Positions 12,601-24,397 of a DNA stretch of 64,000 bases are shown one piece after another. Location: positions 1,010,459-1,074,458 of the forward strand of contig JAAOMT010000009.1 in the NCBI GenBank assembly GCA_016748015.1, in the 5' to 3' direction. Each line of letters opens with the position of its first letter. Positions within the stretch are counted from its first letter, which is position 1. A program made the position numbers and the translations under genes. Source of the DNA: Geosiphon pyriformis uo1. Its lineage: Eukaryota > Fungi > Glomeromycota. Below the pieces are notes generated by a model that saw only the letters and a program-made list of their open reading frames with translations, was not told the DNA's origin and did not search any database.

Positions 12601-14956
12601 TATAATCGATTGATAGTGAAGAATAATGGCTGCTCATCAAATCAGAATTAAGCAGATAAAAAATGATATTTTTCAGGCAATAATCGTAATGTTGTGGCTT
12701 GAAACCCACGTAGTATACGTAAAGGACAAATAACTCGATACACGTATCCGATGGTAAAATCGGGCGTCGATTCGAGGGAAATAAGATCTTGCTAATATTG
12801 TCTAGTTTTTTTTGGGTGTTTCCGGTAGTTTCATGACATCTGTATAGAAATGTCCAAACCAGACGAACTACACATCCAAGTGCCATTTGACGTCGTTCTT
12901 TATCCTAGGTAAAAAGCGTTTGAAAGTTACCGAAGGTATGTCCAAAGTATGGCTAAATTATTGTGAGCGAATAAAAACCTTGAATCTTGCAATACAATAG
13001 TCAGCACATGCCCACCAGTTTTGTGTGAAAAATTCTCGTTTGCTAACACACAGTAAGGTTGTAGTAAAAGTGTAAGCGACCTGAAACAAAAAAAACGACG
13101 GATTAATTCAAAATGTCCAAAATTTGTCATGAATTATGAATCACTGACATCTGAATTTTTGAGTTTTTCGGCCATCTTTATGGCTTTTGGATAAAGCATA
13201 TCCACTGCTGTTACCCAGGCCGGAAAATTAACTTCAGCGTTGGCCACCTTTCGGTTAAAATGGCTTAGGATTAATATGTGAGTGGATATCAATATGTCCT
13301 ATCGCAAAAAAATCCCACTTACACCGGCAATAGGAACCAAGAGTTGTACAAATAAATCAGCATAAGCGTGCTTTATACGTGCACCATTTGCTACTTTAAG
13401 AAAACCAGCTAAACTCTGCAAAAAATCGGCAGTTTCGATTAATGCGTCTTCGGGATAAATCTGTGGGTAAATTTTAAAAGGTTTTTTTGATTTGCAATAT
13501 CTTAAGCACATGAGCAAAAATCACCGCAACTTACCTTCAACCTCAAATACCTAATTCCACTAATCAACATCGTGATCTTGGATTCATGCTCCTTCAACAC
13601 ATTAGGATGAAGTTTTCCATATTGCTCCAGTTCTGCGATAAAACGATCAGACACGGTGCCAAAACGAATGCTCGACAGGGAACCAATAAGCTCAGCGAAT
13701 AAGTTAAAACTAGCTTCCCTGTTCCGAATTTTTTGCACCATTTCCCTTGAAAAGACATCAGATTTTGATTTCAATATAAGGATACTTTAAGAAAAAAACG
13801 TTAATAAGAGAAAAAGTGAGAGTACGAGCTAAATCAAGAAACAATAATGATTTCTCGCACTCGACCCTTGTTTTCAATACTTACGGATCTGAAATTCTTA
13901 TTTGATCAAACACTAGGGTTTCAAGTTCAGCCCCATGTTCTTTTGCCAATGCATTAGGTTGAAGTTGATTAATTATCTCGAGTAAGGTTCGACATAGTAT
14001 GAACATTGTCACTTGCTAAGAATTCAAATAAAAATGGTTTCGCATATTGCAATTAAAAGTACTTATTGAATATTCAATTTTAGTGAAAAATAGAAAACGT
14101 AAATTATAATTTCAAAAATTGAGGCCTAACCCAGGATCACTTTTTAATGTCCGCTTCATTTCAATAAATTGGCCAATCATAACCTGATATATAATGCTCT
14201 AAAAAATTCAACAATCAAAAACTTATTAACATACCGCTTTTCGCTCGCTCAAAATTGCTTGCATGTCTTTGGTCCGTTCTACTAGCGCACCATCACTACT
14301 GTTAGGATAAATTAAAACCCAAAGAAAAACTTAGTTCCGATTTTATTTAGATCATTGGTAAAGGAAACCAAAAAGGATATCAATAATGAGACCCTTACTG
14401 CGTTCGTTTATGAGTTGGTATGTCAGGGACATCTGCTGGTTTCTCCGTCTTGCTTTTGCGCCAATTCATGATTTGGTCGATGACAGATTTGGGTCGATGC
14501 CTCGCGATATATCCCAGCGAGTTTAACAATTTATCGAAGGCAGGGTCTGCTCCAGGTCCTACGATCTTCATAAAATCAGGCTCGCGATCCTAAATTATTG
14601 AGAATAGTTGAAACTTGGGTCAAAAATAAAATTGAGACAGTCGAGATTTTTCTTCAAAAAACTCCCAGTTAATTTGGTTGAATAATAAATCGCATAAGTA
14701 GCTTCTTAATATAAGCATGTGTTGACCGTCAAGCCTATTACTTATGTTAAAGGATGGGAACATTTAAAAGAAACAATTTTTTTCTACGAGGACAGAACAT
14801 TGTAAAGGCGTCTATAAGAAACTTGGATTAAATTTTGTTCAAACCTACCACACTCCAGCTCATAACGTTATTAACCTTGCGTTCTGCCAGCCTGATAAAC
14901 TGTCTGATGAGTATGGCAATAGCATAGGTGGCTGGTGTTTTTGGGTCAGACGCCAT
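6671..14956 (-). CDS. TAO3: RAM/MOR network scaffold Tao3/Pag1/Mor2 (furry family); start may lie further upstream
   Basis: Large HEAT/ARM protein with furry-family motifs FAELIGSLSSIRFGTVSDRF, ALEWATSCPVRHIACRSFQIFR and FGNPEESGWAVP. Short 5' exons (12.9-14.96 kb) join by GT-AG introns to ~2.7-kb and ~3.2-kb exons. Confidence 0.92.
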
Positions 14957-15649
14957 GACGGGTCTTTGGGAAGGTACATTAACGGTGGAAAGCGGTCTCT
15001 CTTTATCTAGTTTAAAAACAATAACTTTAGAAATTCAAAGTTGAGTATAACGAATTTTGATTGGCTTGACTTAAGAGACGAGAATTTAATTGTAGTACAG
15101 CCGGACACTTAAATACATTTAATGGGGAATTCCTTTCCGGTACAACTATACAAGTACACAAAAGCAAATTAGAATCAAGGGAGTCACATATATTTTTTGT
15201 CGTTGCTATAATGACATTTGTTTACATAGCACTAAACATTCTTTTTGGATAGCATTTACCAAAAAATCAGAAACAAGAAAAATTCGAGGCCGTTATTTTA
15301 TTTTTGGGAGGAGAATTCAATATAATGATGCAGAGGAAATCATAAAACAGCCACGCGACTTTGCGACGTTTTGTTTGATCTACAAATTTGGTGTGTATAA
15401 AAATTAATCATGCCCATCATCATCAAAAAAGTGACCTTTACGATGAAATTGGATTTTCAACTTTAATGAATTTTAAGTTTCGATCTGATCTCTAATTTTA
15501 ATATTACGACGTGAAATCAAATATCGTTGTGCAAGAAGTTTATGCTTCCTATTGATAAATTTTGCATGGTTACAATTGACTTATTAGCAGACAAAGAATT
15601 TTTTTTTTGTTTTGTTGCTCAATACCCTATTTAGCTATTTATTATAACT

Positions 15650-16800
15650 TGTGAGTAGTGAGTATTAATCTTTTGACTTTTAAAAGCCAAAAATCTATTA
15701 TTTAACAAAAAATTTTAGTTTCTTGATTATTTTATCGATTTATTTTATAATCTTGTATTTTATTATTTTTTGTATTGTTTAAACTTAAAAATACAGAGCT
15801 TTTTACTTAAGAAAAGTTTTTTTAATAGCAAAAATAATTTAAAAAAAACTATAAAAATTTAAAGTAAGTAAAAAAAAAAACATTATAAAAGTTAATAACA
15901 GAAAAATTAACAGCAAAAAAATTAAAGTCTTAAACAGTAAAATTGAAAAAAAAAACAATAAATAATATTTAAATAACATAAACAAAACATATAATAATTT
16001 TAATTTAATAATTTATGTTAAAAAATTTTATTTAAAAAATTTCAATTTCAAAACAGATAAAAATAGAAATTATAAAATTTAAAAAAATTCTTTTTTTTAT
16101 TTATTTTAAAAACCACAAAAATAGAAAAGTTTTTTTATTGTCTATATACATACAATATTTTATTTGGAATTTAGTAGCTCTAATTTAAATATTTTTAATA
16201 GTAAAACTGGTAAAAAATTTAAGAAAACCATTTTTGTAACCAAAGCTAAAAATATTAGTAAAAAAAAATAAAAAGTTTTAGCAATAATAACAGCATAATA
16301 TTATAAATAAATAAAAAATTGTTAAAATTAATACAAATAATATAAATAAAGATTTTGTTATTAAAATTAATTTTGATTTAAATAATAAAATCAGATATTT
16401 AAATAGTATAAATATTTTAATGCTTAAAGTTAATTATATTAATTGTTTTTTTAAAAAGTTTAATTTAAAAAATAAATAATATAATAAATTTAAAATAGCT
16501 TTTATTATTATTATTATTAATTGTTTTATTATTAGTTTTTTCTTTATTTAAGTTTATTGTTGAAAAAAATTTTGTATAATATATTAATTTGTTAAAAATA
16601 TTTTAAAAAAAGTTGTAAATATTTTCATTAATAATTAGGTTTAAAAATTTTTTTTACTTTTTTAAATTTATAAAATTATTAAAATAAGAGTTTTTTTTGT
16701 TATTTTAAATAGTAATTTTAATAAAAATAAGTTAAGTATATTGTTAATCTTAATAAGTATAAATTATTTAATAAAAAAGATACTAATCAACTAACATGAA
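15650..16800. repeat. Extreme AT-rich, CpG-free island; probable fully decayed transposon relic
   Basis: Abrupt switch to A/T runs with no ORF >=60 aa; same texture as the degraded LINE region at 53-62 kb. Confidence 0.55.
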
Positions 16801-17017
16801 TTTTGTTTTGGTTAATGAAAATTTATATAATGTAATAGTAAATAAAGGGAGAATTAATACTAACAAAATTTTCAACACGGATTATTTGGCTGTTTTAGTG
16901 AGTAATAATTATAATTCAAGGAGCAAGACAGGCAGTATAGATATTTGTTCGAAATGAAACTTTCACAATTTCAGATTGGGACTTCAAAGAAATATAACAC
17001 AGGTTCATGATTTGATG

Positions 17018-17747
17018 TCAATATACATTTAATTTCTGGATGAGACGAATAAACTCATCTTGGTCAATTTCGCCATCTCCATTTTTATCTGCTTCCTTAA
17101 TCATTTCTAGAACCTCTTCGTCATCCATATTTTCGTTAAATTCCTCGGCAACTCTTTTCAAGTTCTTGAACGAAATCTTTCCGGTCTTGTCTTCATCAAA
17201 CATAGCAAAGACTTTTATCAATTCCTCTTTGACATCACGTTCAGACTTTTGGACATAGAAATTAGTACTTATTTATTAATCTATCTTTTAACTCTCAAGT
17301 TTATCGAGAAAACGATTGAAAATTTTTGCAAAAGGCAGTCAGAATTAAAGCCACTCCGGGCTTGACCGTGAAAATACAAACCATTTTAGCTTCCACTATT
17401 CGCAAAAATGTATCGTAGTCTATTTTGCTACTACGGGTAAGGTTAAGATCACTCAAGATGCCCTGTAATTCTTCTTTTTTCAACTCAAAATCCAATAAAC
17501 GCAGAGCAGCCTGGAGGTCTTTAGCGTTTATAGCAGACTCATCGGCGAGATCAAAGATTGTAAAAGCTCCTGAAATCTCTTTAAGCTGTTCCTCATTAAG
17601 ATTTGTTGTCACTGGTTCGGTTTTTTTAGACTTGGCATTATTACGTTTCTTGGATTTGCTGTTTTCCTGTCTGTTCGACTAGTTAATTAAACCCACTTTT
17701 AACTTCGGATTGCCAATAAGGGTTTAAGGTCCAAGTAGACTTACCAT
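17018..17747 (-). CDS. Centrin (EF-hand protein), 3 exons; first coding exon is ATG only
   Basis: ATG|GTAAGT at 17747-17745. Basic N-terminal extension, then LNEEQLKEISGAFTIFD, FDEDKTGKISFKNLKRVA, EMIKEADKNGDGEIDQDEF. Confidence 0.9.
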
Positions 17748-17899
17748 TTGTCTCGAAGGTTCCACTCTGCGTGGCGTAAAAATTGGACTACCATAACTGG
17801 CTGAATATTTTTCACGTGATAATACATTATTTTGATGGGCGCCACTTTTGTAGCTTTTCGTTCGCGTTCTTTCGTCACTTTTATTGCTGAACGCAAAAT
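17748..17899. promoter_or_regulatory. Compact bidirectional promoter (centrin / MIC10) with CACGTG E-box
   Basis: Only 152 bp between divergent ATGs; TCACGTGA palindrome at 17812-17819. Confidence 0.55.
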
Positions 17900-18366
17900 A
17901 TGTCTGACGAGTCCCAAGTACCAAGCGAGGATATTCTAAACGAGAAGGTACTTTGGAACAAATTTTTTCATAATTTAATACTGACTTTCTGTATTTGACG
18001 CCAAAAGTGTATTTCTTCTGCAACAATTGTACGTTACTGAAATTTATGGCAGTGGGACAAATGCATCTCAAATCTTTTGATAAAAACGGGTATCGGTCTA
18101 AGCGTAGGTGTTGTCGCATCGGCCCTTATTTTTAAAAGTAAGTAACCGTTTATTAAGCGACGGTCTCATTATATAACTTTTTAAGAGGAAAAGTTCTCAC
18201 TGACCATAAGATTTTAAAAGAAAAAGCTTGGCCTATAGCTATGTCAACTGGTATCGGGATTGGGGTTGCTTATGCTGATTGTCAACGAATCTTTAAACCC
18301 ACTGCTATACCTGGTGTAAAAGTTATTAAAGCAACAAATCCTGTCACCTACGATATAAATTCATAA
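17900..18366 (+). CDS. MIC10: MICOS complex subunit Mic10, 3 exons (absent from the ORF track)
   Basis: Exons 17900-17947, 18053-18137, 18221-18366 give MSDESQVPSEDILNEK-WDKCISNLLIKTGIGLSVGVVASALIFK-KKAWPIAMSTGIGIGVAYADCQRIF, with the GxGxGxG transmembrane motifs. Confidence 0.93.
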
Positions 18367-18621
18367 ACGGGGAAAACAAGCAATGCTAGTGCTCAAATGA
18401 CAATAACTTAAAAAAATGTCTAAATTGATTTTGAGGGCTTGATACTGTGTATTCTTTTCATTAAATTGTATTTAAATTATAATTAGCTTTTAACGAGTAT
18501 ATTTGACAAGACATCAACAAATATAGAATCTTCATTAATTCAAAGAAAAAATAATGAAATTACCCCTTAGAACTATTCTTTTATATAAAATATAATGTAT
18601 AGTATTTTTGGAGATAAAGGA

Positions 18622-20820
18622 TCAAACCAATAACTTCAAACCAGCTACCTGTTCCAACGTTTCCTTGGCAAATCCTTTCGACGCGGCGCGAGTCAATAGT
18701 GGTGTGACAGGCGTTTCTTTCCATGAACTCCAGACTTTTTCTAGACCATTAATTGCATCTGAAGAGATGGCAATACAGAAAATGGCATCAAATCCTCCGG
18801 CTATTTCAAAGGAATATTTGGACTCGGTGTTGGTAATTATTAGAATGTGAGGACTCATTATATATTTTGGCTTACCTCCTGGAACTCCCGCCATAATAAC
18901 ACCGGGAACCTCCAATGACGCGTCTAATAATCGGGTTTGCGATGGTGGCTCAATAGGAACATCCGATAATTCTGACATTTCACGCAGAAGCTCCCGTATA
19001 GACTTTTGTTTTAAAAGTGATGTAGGTTTTTCACATGGATGAAGATCGAGAGTGCAATAGATACGGAATTAGAAGATGTAACTATCAAATTTTGTGAAGA
19101 AATCACTTTGAACTTATTACCCTAACCCTAATACCAGCAAGGGTTAGTTCAGAAAGTCCCTTAAAAATCTTGAATGTAAAATTTGATTATCTCTTTCGTA
19201 CTTGAAATTTTAAGAAAACATCTGCCAGGAGATTTACAATAGTATTATTTCCGGCAAGGCGGTGCAACTTTTAATGAAAAAATCAAATTAATCTTAACTT
19301 GTTGTATTAAATAATAAATCATGGAAATGAATCTTCTAACCTCAGATCCTTTAACCTGAGATCCCAAAAGAATGCCTTGATTATATGCCTTCTCATCAAG
19401 TGAATATAACTTTGATAACTGGGACATGATATCAGGTATAGTTTTGTTGTATGCTCCAAGTTTGGTCCAAATTGCATTTGCTATATTGGACATAAGGAAG
19501 TTAATCACATGCAGATTTGAATAAGATTAAAAGATTACCAGACCTTGATCAAGATTTGCCTTCCGCCATGCTAGTACCTTTGTGGCCATACTTGGAGTAT
19601 CAGATCCAGCATCAACATCAGCTAGAAGAAGAATAAATTCTGGCGGAAGTGCAAAAGGTGTAACTAGATTATCCCATCTGTTGATTAAAAGAAGGATTAA
19701 TATCAAAATTTGAATCCCCTAAAAATGAACGGAATTAAAATAATTACGGAGATTCTGGAGAAACAATTTTAGAAAGATCTTCCATATCAATGTTTTCCTC
19801 CTAAGGTGAAAAGATTTACTCAAATCTAGAGAAAAATATAAATCAACGCATCAAAATTTATACACCTACCTCTTTACTCATGATTGGATCCAGTATTTTT
19901 GGAGAGAAGCGACGATGAATATGACTTCCCCATACAGCGGTGGCAACATCAAATCCTGATCCAATTTTTCCTTGGGCGAGGCAATGGCAAAATTGTGCAA
20001 CATTATGCACTAGCTTCCTACCATAAATGTTACTTTCTTCGTTCTCCTCGTCAACGTAGATAACATTAAAGTGAATGAATAAAGCAGCGACAAGGGAGGT
20101 TATCATGGCTGCCGAAGAGCCTAAGCCGGTTTTGTGAACTTCTTTTAATGTTGTATTCAACTTGCAGAAAGGCTCCAAGAGCCGCATGGAGGAGATCGAA
20201 GGAGAGAGCTTATGATTTCCTAGCTTTAAATTTTAGAGTTCAATGGCATGACCTAAGAAGCACAGTGAAGCAACCGATGACCAGCTAGGGCTTTGTAAAT
20301 CATGTTTAGTACCTGTTCACGTTGAGAATAAAAATCATTGTCACCCAGAATATATATTCTCAACCCAGAACGTATTTTCTCTTCAAACCGATCGAATGTA
20401 ATCCGTTGCGCGATTACACCTAAGCTATACCGAAGAGCTATTTCGACTAATCGATTTTGTAAGTGTTTGTCACTAATTTGGGAATGTAACTTTTATTTTA
20501 AATGTGTTTTGCTAAGAGGAAGCGAAAAGAAAGTATCTCCTTAAATATAACCTCTTCTTCAAGATATCAAAAGATCCCCCTGTTGTTACAATTGAATATT
20601 CCCATGTTGCGTTTAGAAATTGAGGTGAATTGACAATTATTTTGCCATTTGACGTTAATTCTCCAGGTTTGATAACAGTATAAAAACGCGCTCCTGTTCC
20701 AATCACGAGGCCGTCATAATCTCGGTCAAGAACTAGGTATCCACCGGTCAGAAGAACTTTTCCGGGAGCAGACACTACTGTCAATGCGGAGCCTGCAGAC
20801 ATAACTTTTCCAGTTAACAT
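18622..20820 (-). CDS. ERG8: Phosphomevalonate kinase (GHMP family, Erg8 type)
   Basis: SAPGKVLLTGGYLVL, KTGLGSSAA, HCLAQGKIGSGFDVA, VPIEPPSQT, and GVPG|AGGFDA after removing intron 18801-18875. Confidence 0.95.
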
Positions 20821-21339
20821 TTACATCCATTTGTTATTATAAATTTACCTCATATCTGATAAAGTCAAAAATGTCATTATCTCGAAGATGCCTACTTAAA
20901 AGATAATCTAGACATTGTGCATATTTGTTTTTGGAAAATCAAAAAAATCTAACATTTCAATAAAACAGGTTATTAAATTCCACAATAGCTCGAATAAGGA
21001 TAGTACTTGTATATTTCACACATCAAATACTAGTATTTCACAAACAAGTTTTGTAGATCACTATCTTACAGGACAAAACTATATACGATAAAAAAATAGC
21101 TGTTTTACATGTGGCAAAAAATCAACCTCTCTAAAAATTAAAAAGAAAAAATAAAGTGAAATAAATTAAAATTTTCCAATAGGTGGAAAAATAAATATCT
21201 ATATTTTGTAGAAAAAACTAGCGGGATAATTTAAATATTTTCAGGAGATTAGTCACCCCTAGAAAATGGTTTTTAATATGGGACCTAAAATTTCCCATGC
21301 TGAGTTTCGAATTGAAATGTTCATGACAAAGCCTGTCAA

Positions 21340-23677
21340 TCATAAATTTGTGTCAGAGATAGGGGCTTCCGAGCCATTATATTTGTCACCGTTATCATGA
21401 TGGACACCCTCTTTCATGTCATAGTCGAGATCATTTTCACGTCCTTCGGAAAAATTGTTGCCTGAATAATTGGTGTTTTGATCTGCGTCGTCGACAATGG
21501 CGTCAACATCAATTGTTATGATATCAGGCGCCGATAAGTTCATCTCCGTGTGAGGTTGCTCAAGATTCTCCGTATCATCAAGATTTGATATCTGTGAATT
21601 TGCTTTTTCTTGTGCCTCTTTCTGAGCCTTTTGTGAATTTTCGAGCTCTTGCTTAAGACTCTCCAGGGACAGATAAACACGATTATTATATGAAGTACCC
21701 GACTTGAGAGCATCTTCATTGAACTTAATAAATTAATTTTAGATAAAACAAAAATGATTAAACAATCCAAATTCCATTCAAGTTCTTTGAGTTTCAGTTT
21801 TTTAGAAGCAATCAAACCTGGAAATCCATTCCGATCCCTTTTTCATATTGTAAATCAAGAATCTTTAGTAATCGCATCCTGAATTAAGATAAATTAATCA
21901 ATAGATCATAGTAATGACAGATGTATCAAGAAATGCTCAAAATAAAACCAACCCTATCCCATTTATAATAGCAACATTATCTTTATCCCTCACCCATACA
22001 GCAATTCTATCCCCTCGCGTTCTACGAGACATTACTTTGAGAAAAAACTTGTTAATATTCAATAATTTTAATGGTATATACAAAATGACATTAGATGACA
22101 TACCGGCACCACAAATATCATCATTTTCGTCCAATTCCTCACCGACCAAAGAATAGACAAGCCAAGACCAACATCTATCGAGCAATTGCGGATTCCTCAT
22201 TGAAATAACCCATTTTCCACCCTAATATACCAAAATTAAAGCAGTAATTCAACTTGATTAAAGAGAAAAATTGAAAATTTACATTAGCATTCGCAGGATC
22301 TTCCCACATCGGTTTAATCTTGTCTTTGAATATATGGAAATTGGTGTTCATTTCCAATTGGCTTGGCTTTTTGACCCAATTAAAATAGCGGCAAAAAGTC
22401 TCAACCTAAAAAGAAATGCATTCATTTACTACATCAGTATAATATAGACATTAATAGGTGGGTATGGTAAAACTTTGTTGAAATATAATCGCGGGATTTT
22501 ACCGTATTGAAAGTACCAATTGTCTGCAAATTTTCCTCATAAGAAAGTTGCAAAGTAGGTGTTTTTGGTCCGGGCGTCATTACTGATTTACTATCGTAAT
22601 ACATGGTCCTTATTCCATTTAAATACGGAAAATTTATACATAGTTCAGCCTACTGACAAAAATCTTGTGCAATTTTACTTATATTAAAACAAACCATGAG
22701 TGCTGGAGAGGATGAGGTTTTTCCAATTCCTTCATAAACTTTGATGATAAACGATGTACATCATCCATAGCCGAGTTATAACTTCTAGACCTCATTAAAG
22801 GAAATCCACCGGGTATCAGAAGAGGGGAGGAGGAGGAGGTCGAGCCACCAGTGGAACGTTGCGCATTCCCAGAAGGAGTCCGCTGAAGTGGTTTTCCACC
22901 AGCGAAACTGTTAAAAGTTTCGACAGATAGTTTTGGTCGAGCTGAGGATGTGCTTCGAAAGCTGGATGTTTTTGAAAAATTTCCCATTGTGACTTTGGAT
23001 TCTTTATCCGAGGTAGTAGTTAGGTTCAGTTTAGCCCAACGTTCGTTATTTTCCCGTATAACATTGATATTAAAATCGGCAAAGTTTGGAGGAAGGCTGA
23101 GTCTGTTAGAACTTTTAGAACTGTTATTATTACTGCCAGCCCCAAGGGACGGAGCAATCCACGGATGCAATCCGCTACTAGAGAGATTGAACCGTGGATC
23201 TTGAGAATTAGATCTGGTTAAGTTATCACTATTGTGACTCGATCGAGGGCTTTTTGACCTAGTTGACTCTTTATTTTTACTTCCGTTATTCTTGGGTCCA
23301 GGACTTCGGGATCTTGGACGATCCTGGCTTTTTGGTGTATCTAAAAGTTTGTCACCAGATGGACTTTTTGGTCTACCAGAAGGGCTTTTCCCGCGTTTGT
23401 CGCCTAAAATATTCTTGTTATGCGATAAACTTTTATCTCTCAAAGGACCCCTTTCTCTTGAAGGACTTCTGTCCCTTGAAGTTGCATTTATACGCGCGTT
23501 AAATATTTCCAGCAGATCCGAGTGAGAAGCCCGAGTTCCAGAAGACATGTGTGCTAAACTTTGAGTGTTAAGAATACCATTCGGTTTAGTTGCGGAGTTA
23601 ACAAATTTAACGTTGATGGTAGGAATTGGTGAGGTAACTGAAGAACCTGATGAAGAGCGAGAGTGTTCAGATGGCAT
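21340..23677 (-). CDS. Atypical eIF4E-family cap-binding protein with long disordered N-terminus and acidic C-terminal tail
   Basis: Core HPLQHSWTMYYD...VETFCRYFNW...KIKPMWEDPANANGGKW...CWSWLVYSLVGE...DICGAV...DRIAVW assembled from 6 exons. Confidence 0.88.
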
Positions 23678-24397
23678 AGCTCGTGAAACACAGCTGATTT
23701 TAAATGACCTATTAAAATAAATATATTACAAGTTTTCCGTTTGCTAATGACTTTCTAACGATCCTCTTGTAGTTTAGACAACAGAAAGCGATTAAAGACC
23801 TTAAGAAATGTGTAAACCTTTTTATAATGCGCGCCGATAAAATTTGTACCACTTCAATAGACAAAAGCTCTGAAGATTGGTACCAAAAAAGGTCACACAA
23901 AGTTCACCAAATTCGAAGACCTCATCCTTGCATTCAAACTAAATGTCGAAAAAAAAAAATCTGCGCCATGCTTAATTCTCTAAAATTTTTCGGGTTAAGT
24001 TGATCCCCAAACTTTTTGACTCTGGGCTTTTTTACCTAACGATATTTGGATGGTGTAGTGAGGTCACTATATTTGTCAAAAATCTGTCAAGCACAATAGA
24101 AATAGATATTACGCCAACGCCCTACAGAGTTGATCTCCGATTCCCCGATGAATAAAGTTCAAATATATTATCATATGATAATACATATAAAACCTATCAG
24201 TTTGAGGTTTTCCTCCAAGTTTTCGAACATCCTCTTTTTAGTTGAACAAAGTGACTACACAAAATAGTCTCTTTGACTTTCCTCTTATAAACGAATTCTC
24301 AATAACTATCAACGAAAGTCTTAATTGTTTTCATTTCTTAATCCCTTTAAAAATCTTTACAGTCCTAAGTTATAAGCCAATTTATAACATTTCAAAC

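Noticed and set aside
13777-13785. GTATCCTTA on the minus strand in TAO3
   Set aside because: Internal to a GTAAGT...AAG intron; not at an exon boundary.
14118-14200. Cassette exon in TAO3 intron (~14016-14234)
   Set aside because: The upstream sub-intron would be only ~36 nt, and direct joining already gives the conserved ERKA|QVTMFILCR.
15645-16800. Terminal inverted repeats bounding the first AT island
   Set aside because: End similarity is weak and gapped; not distinguishable from chance in AT-rich DNA.
17724-18119. 131-aa minus-strand ORF and other antisense ORFs (e.g. 7779-8099, 11091-11429, 25329-25652)
   Set aside because: Shadow frames of real genes (MIC10, TAO3, VAMP7); no recognisable domains.
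19120-19131. CCCTAACCCTAA as a telomere or telomerase RNA template
   Set aside because: Only two repeats, inside a 199-nt intron of an intact gene, with no room or other motifs for a telomerase RNA; kept only as part of the hairpin finding.
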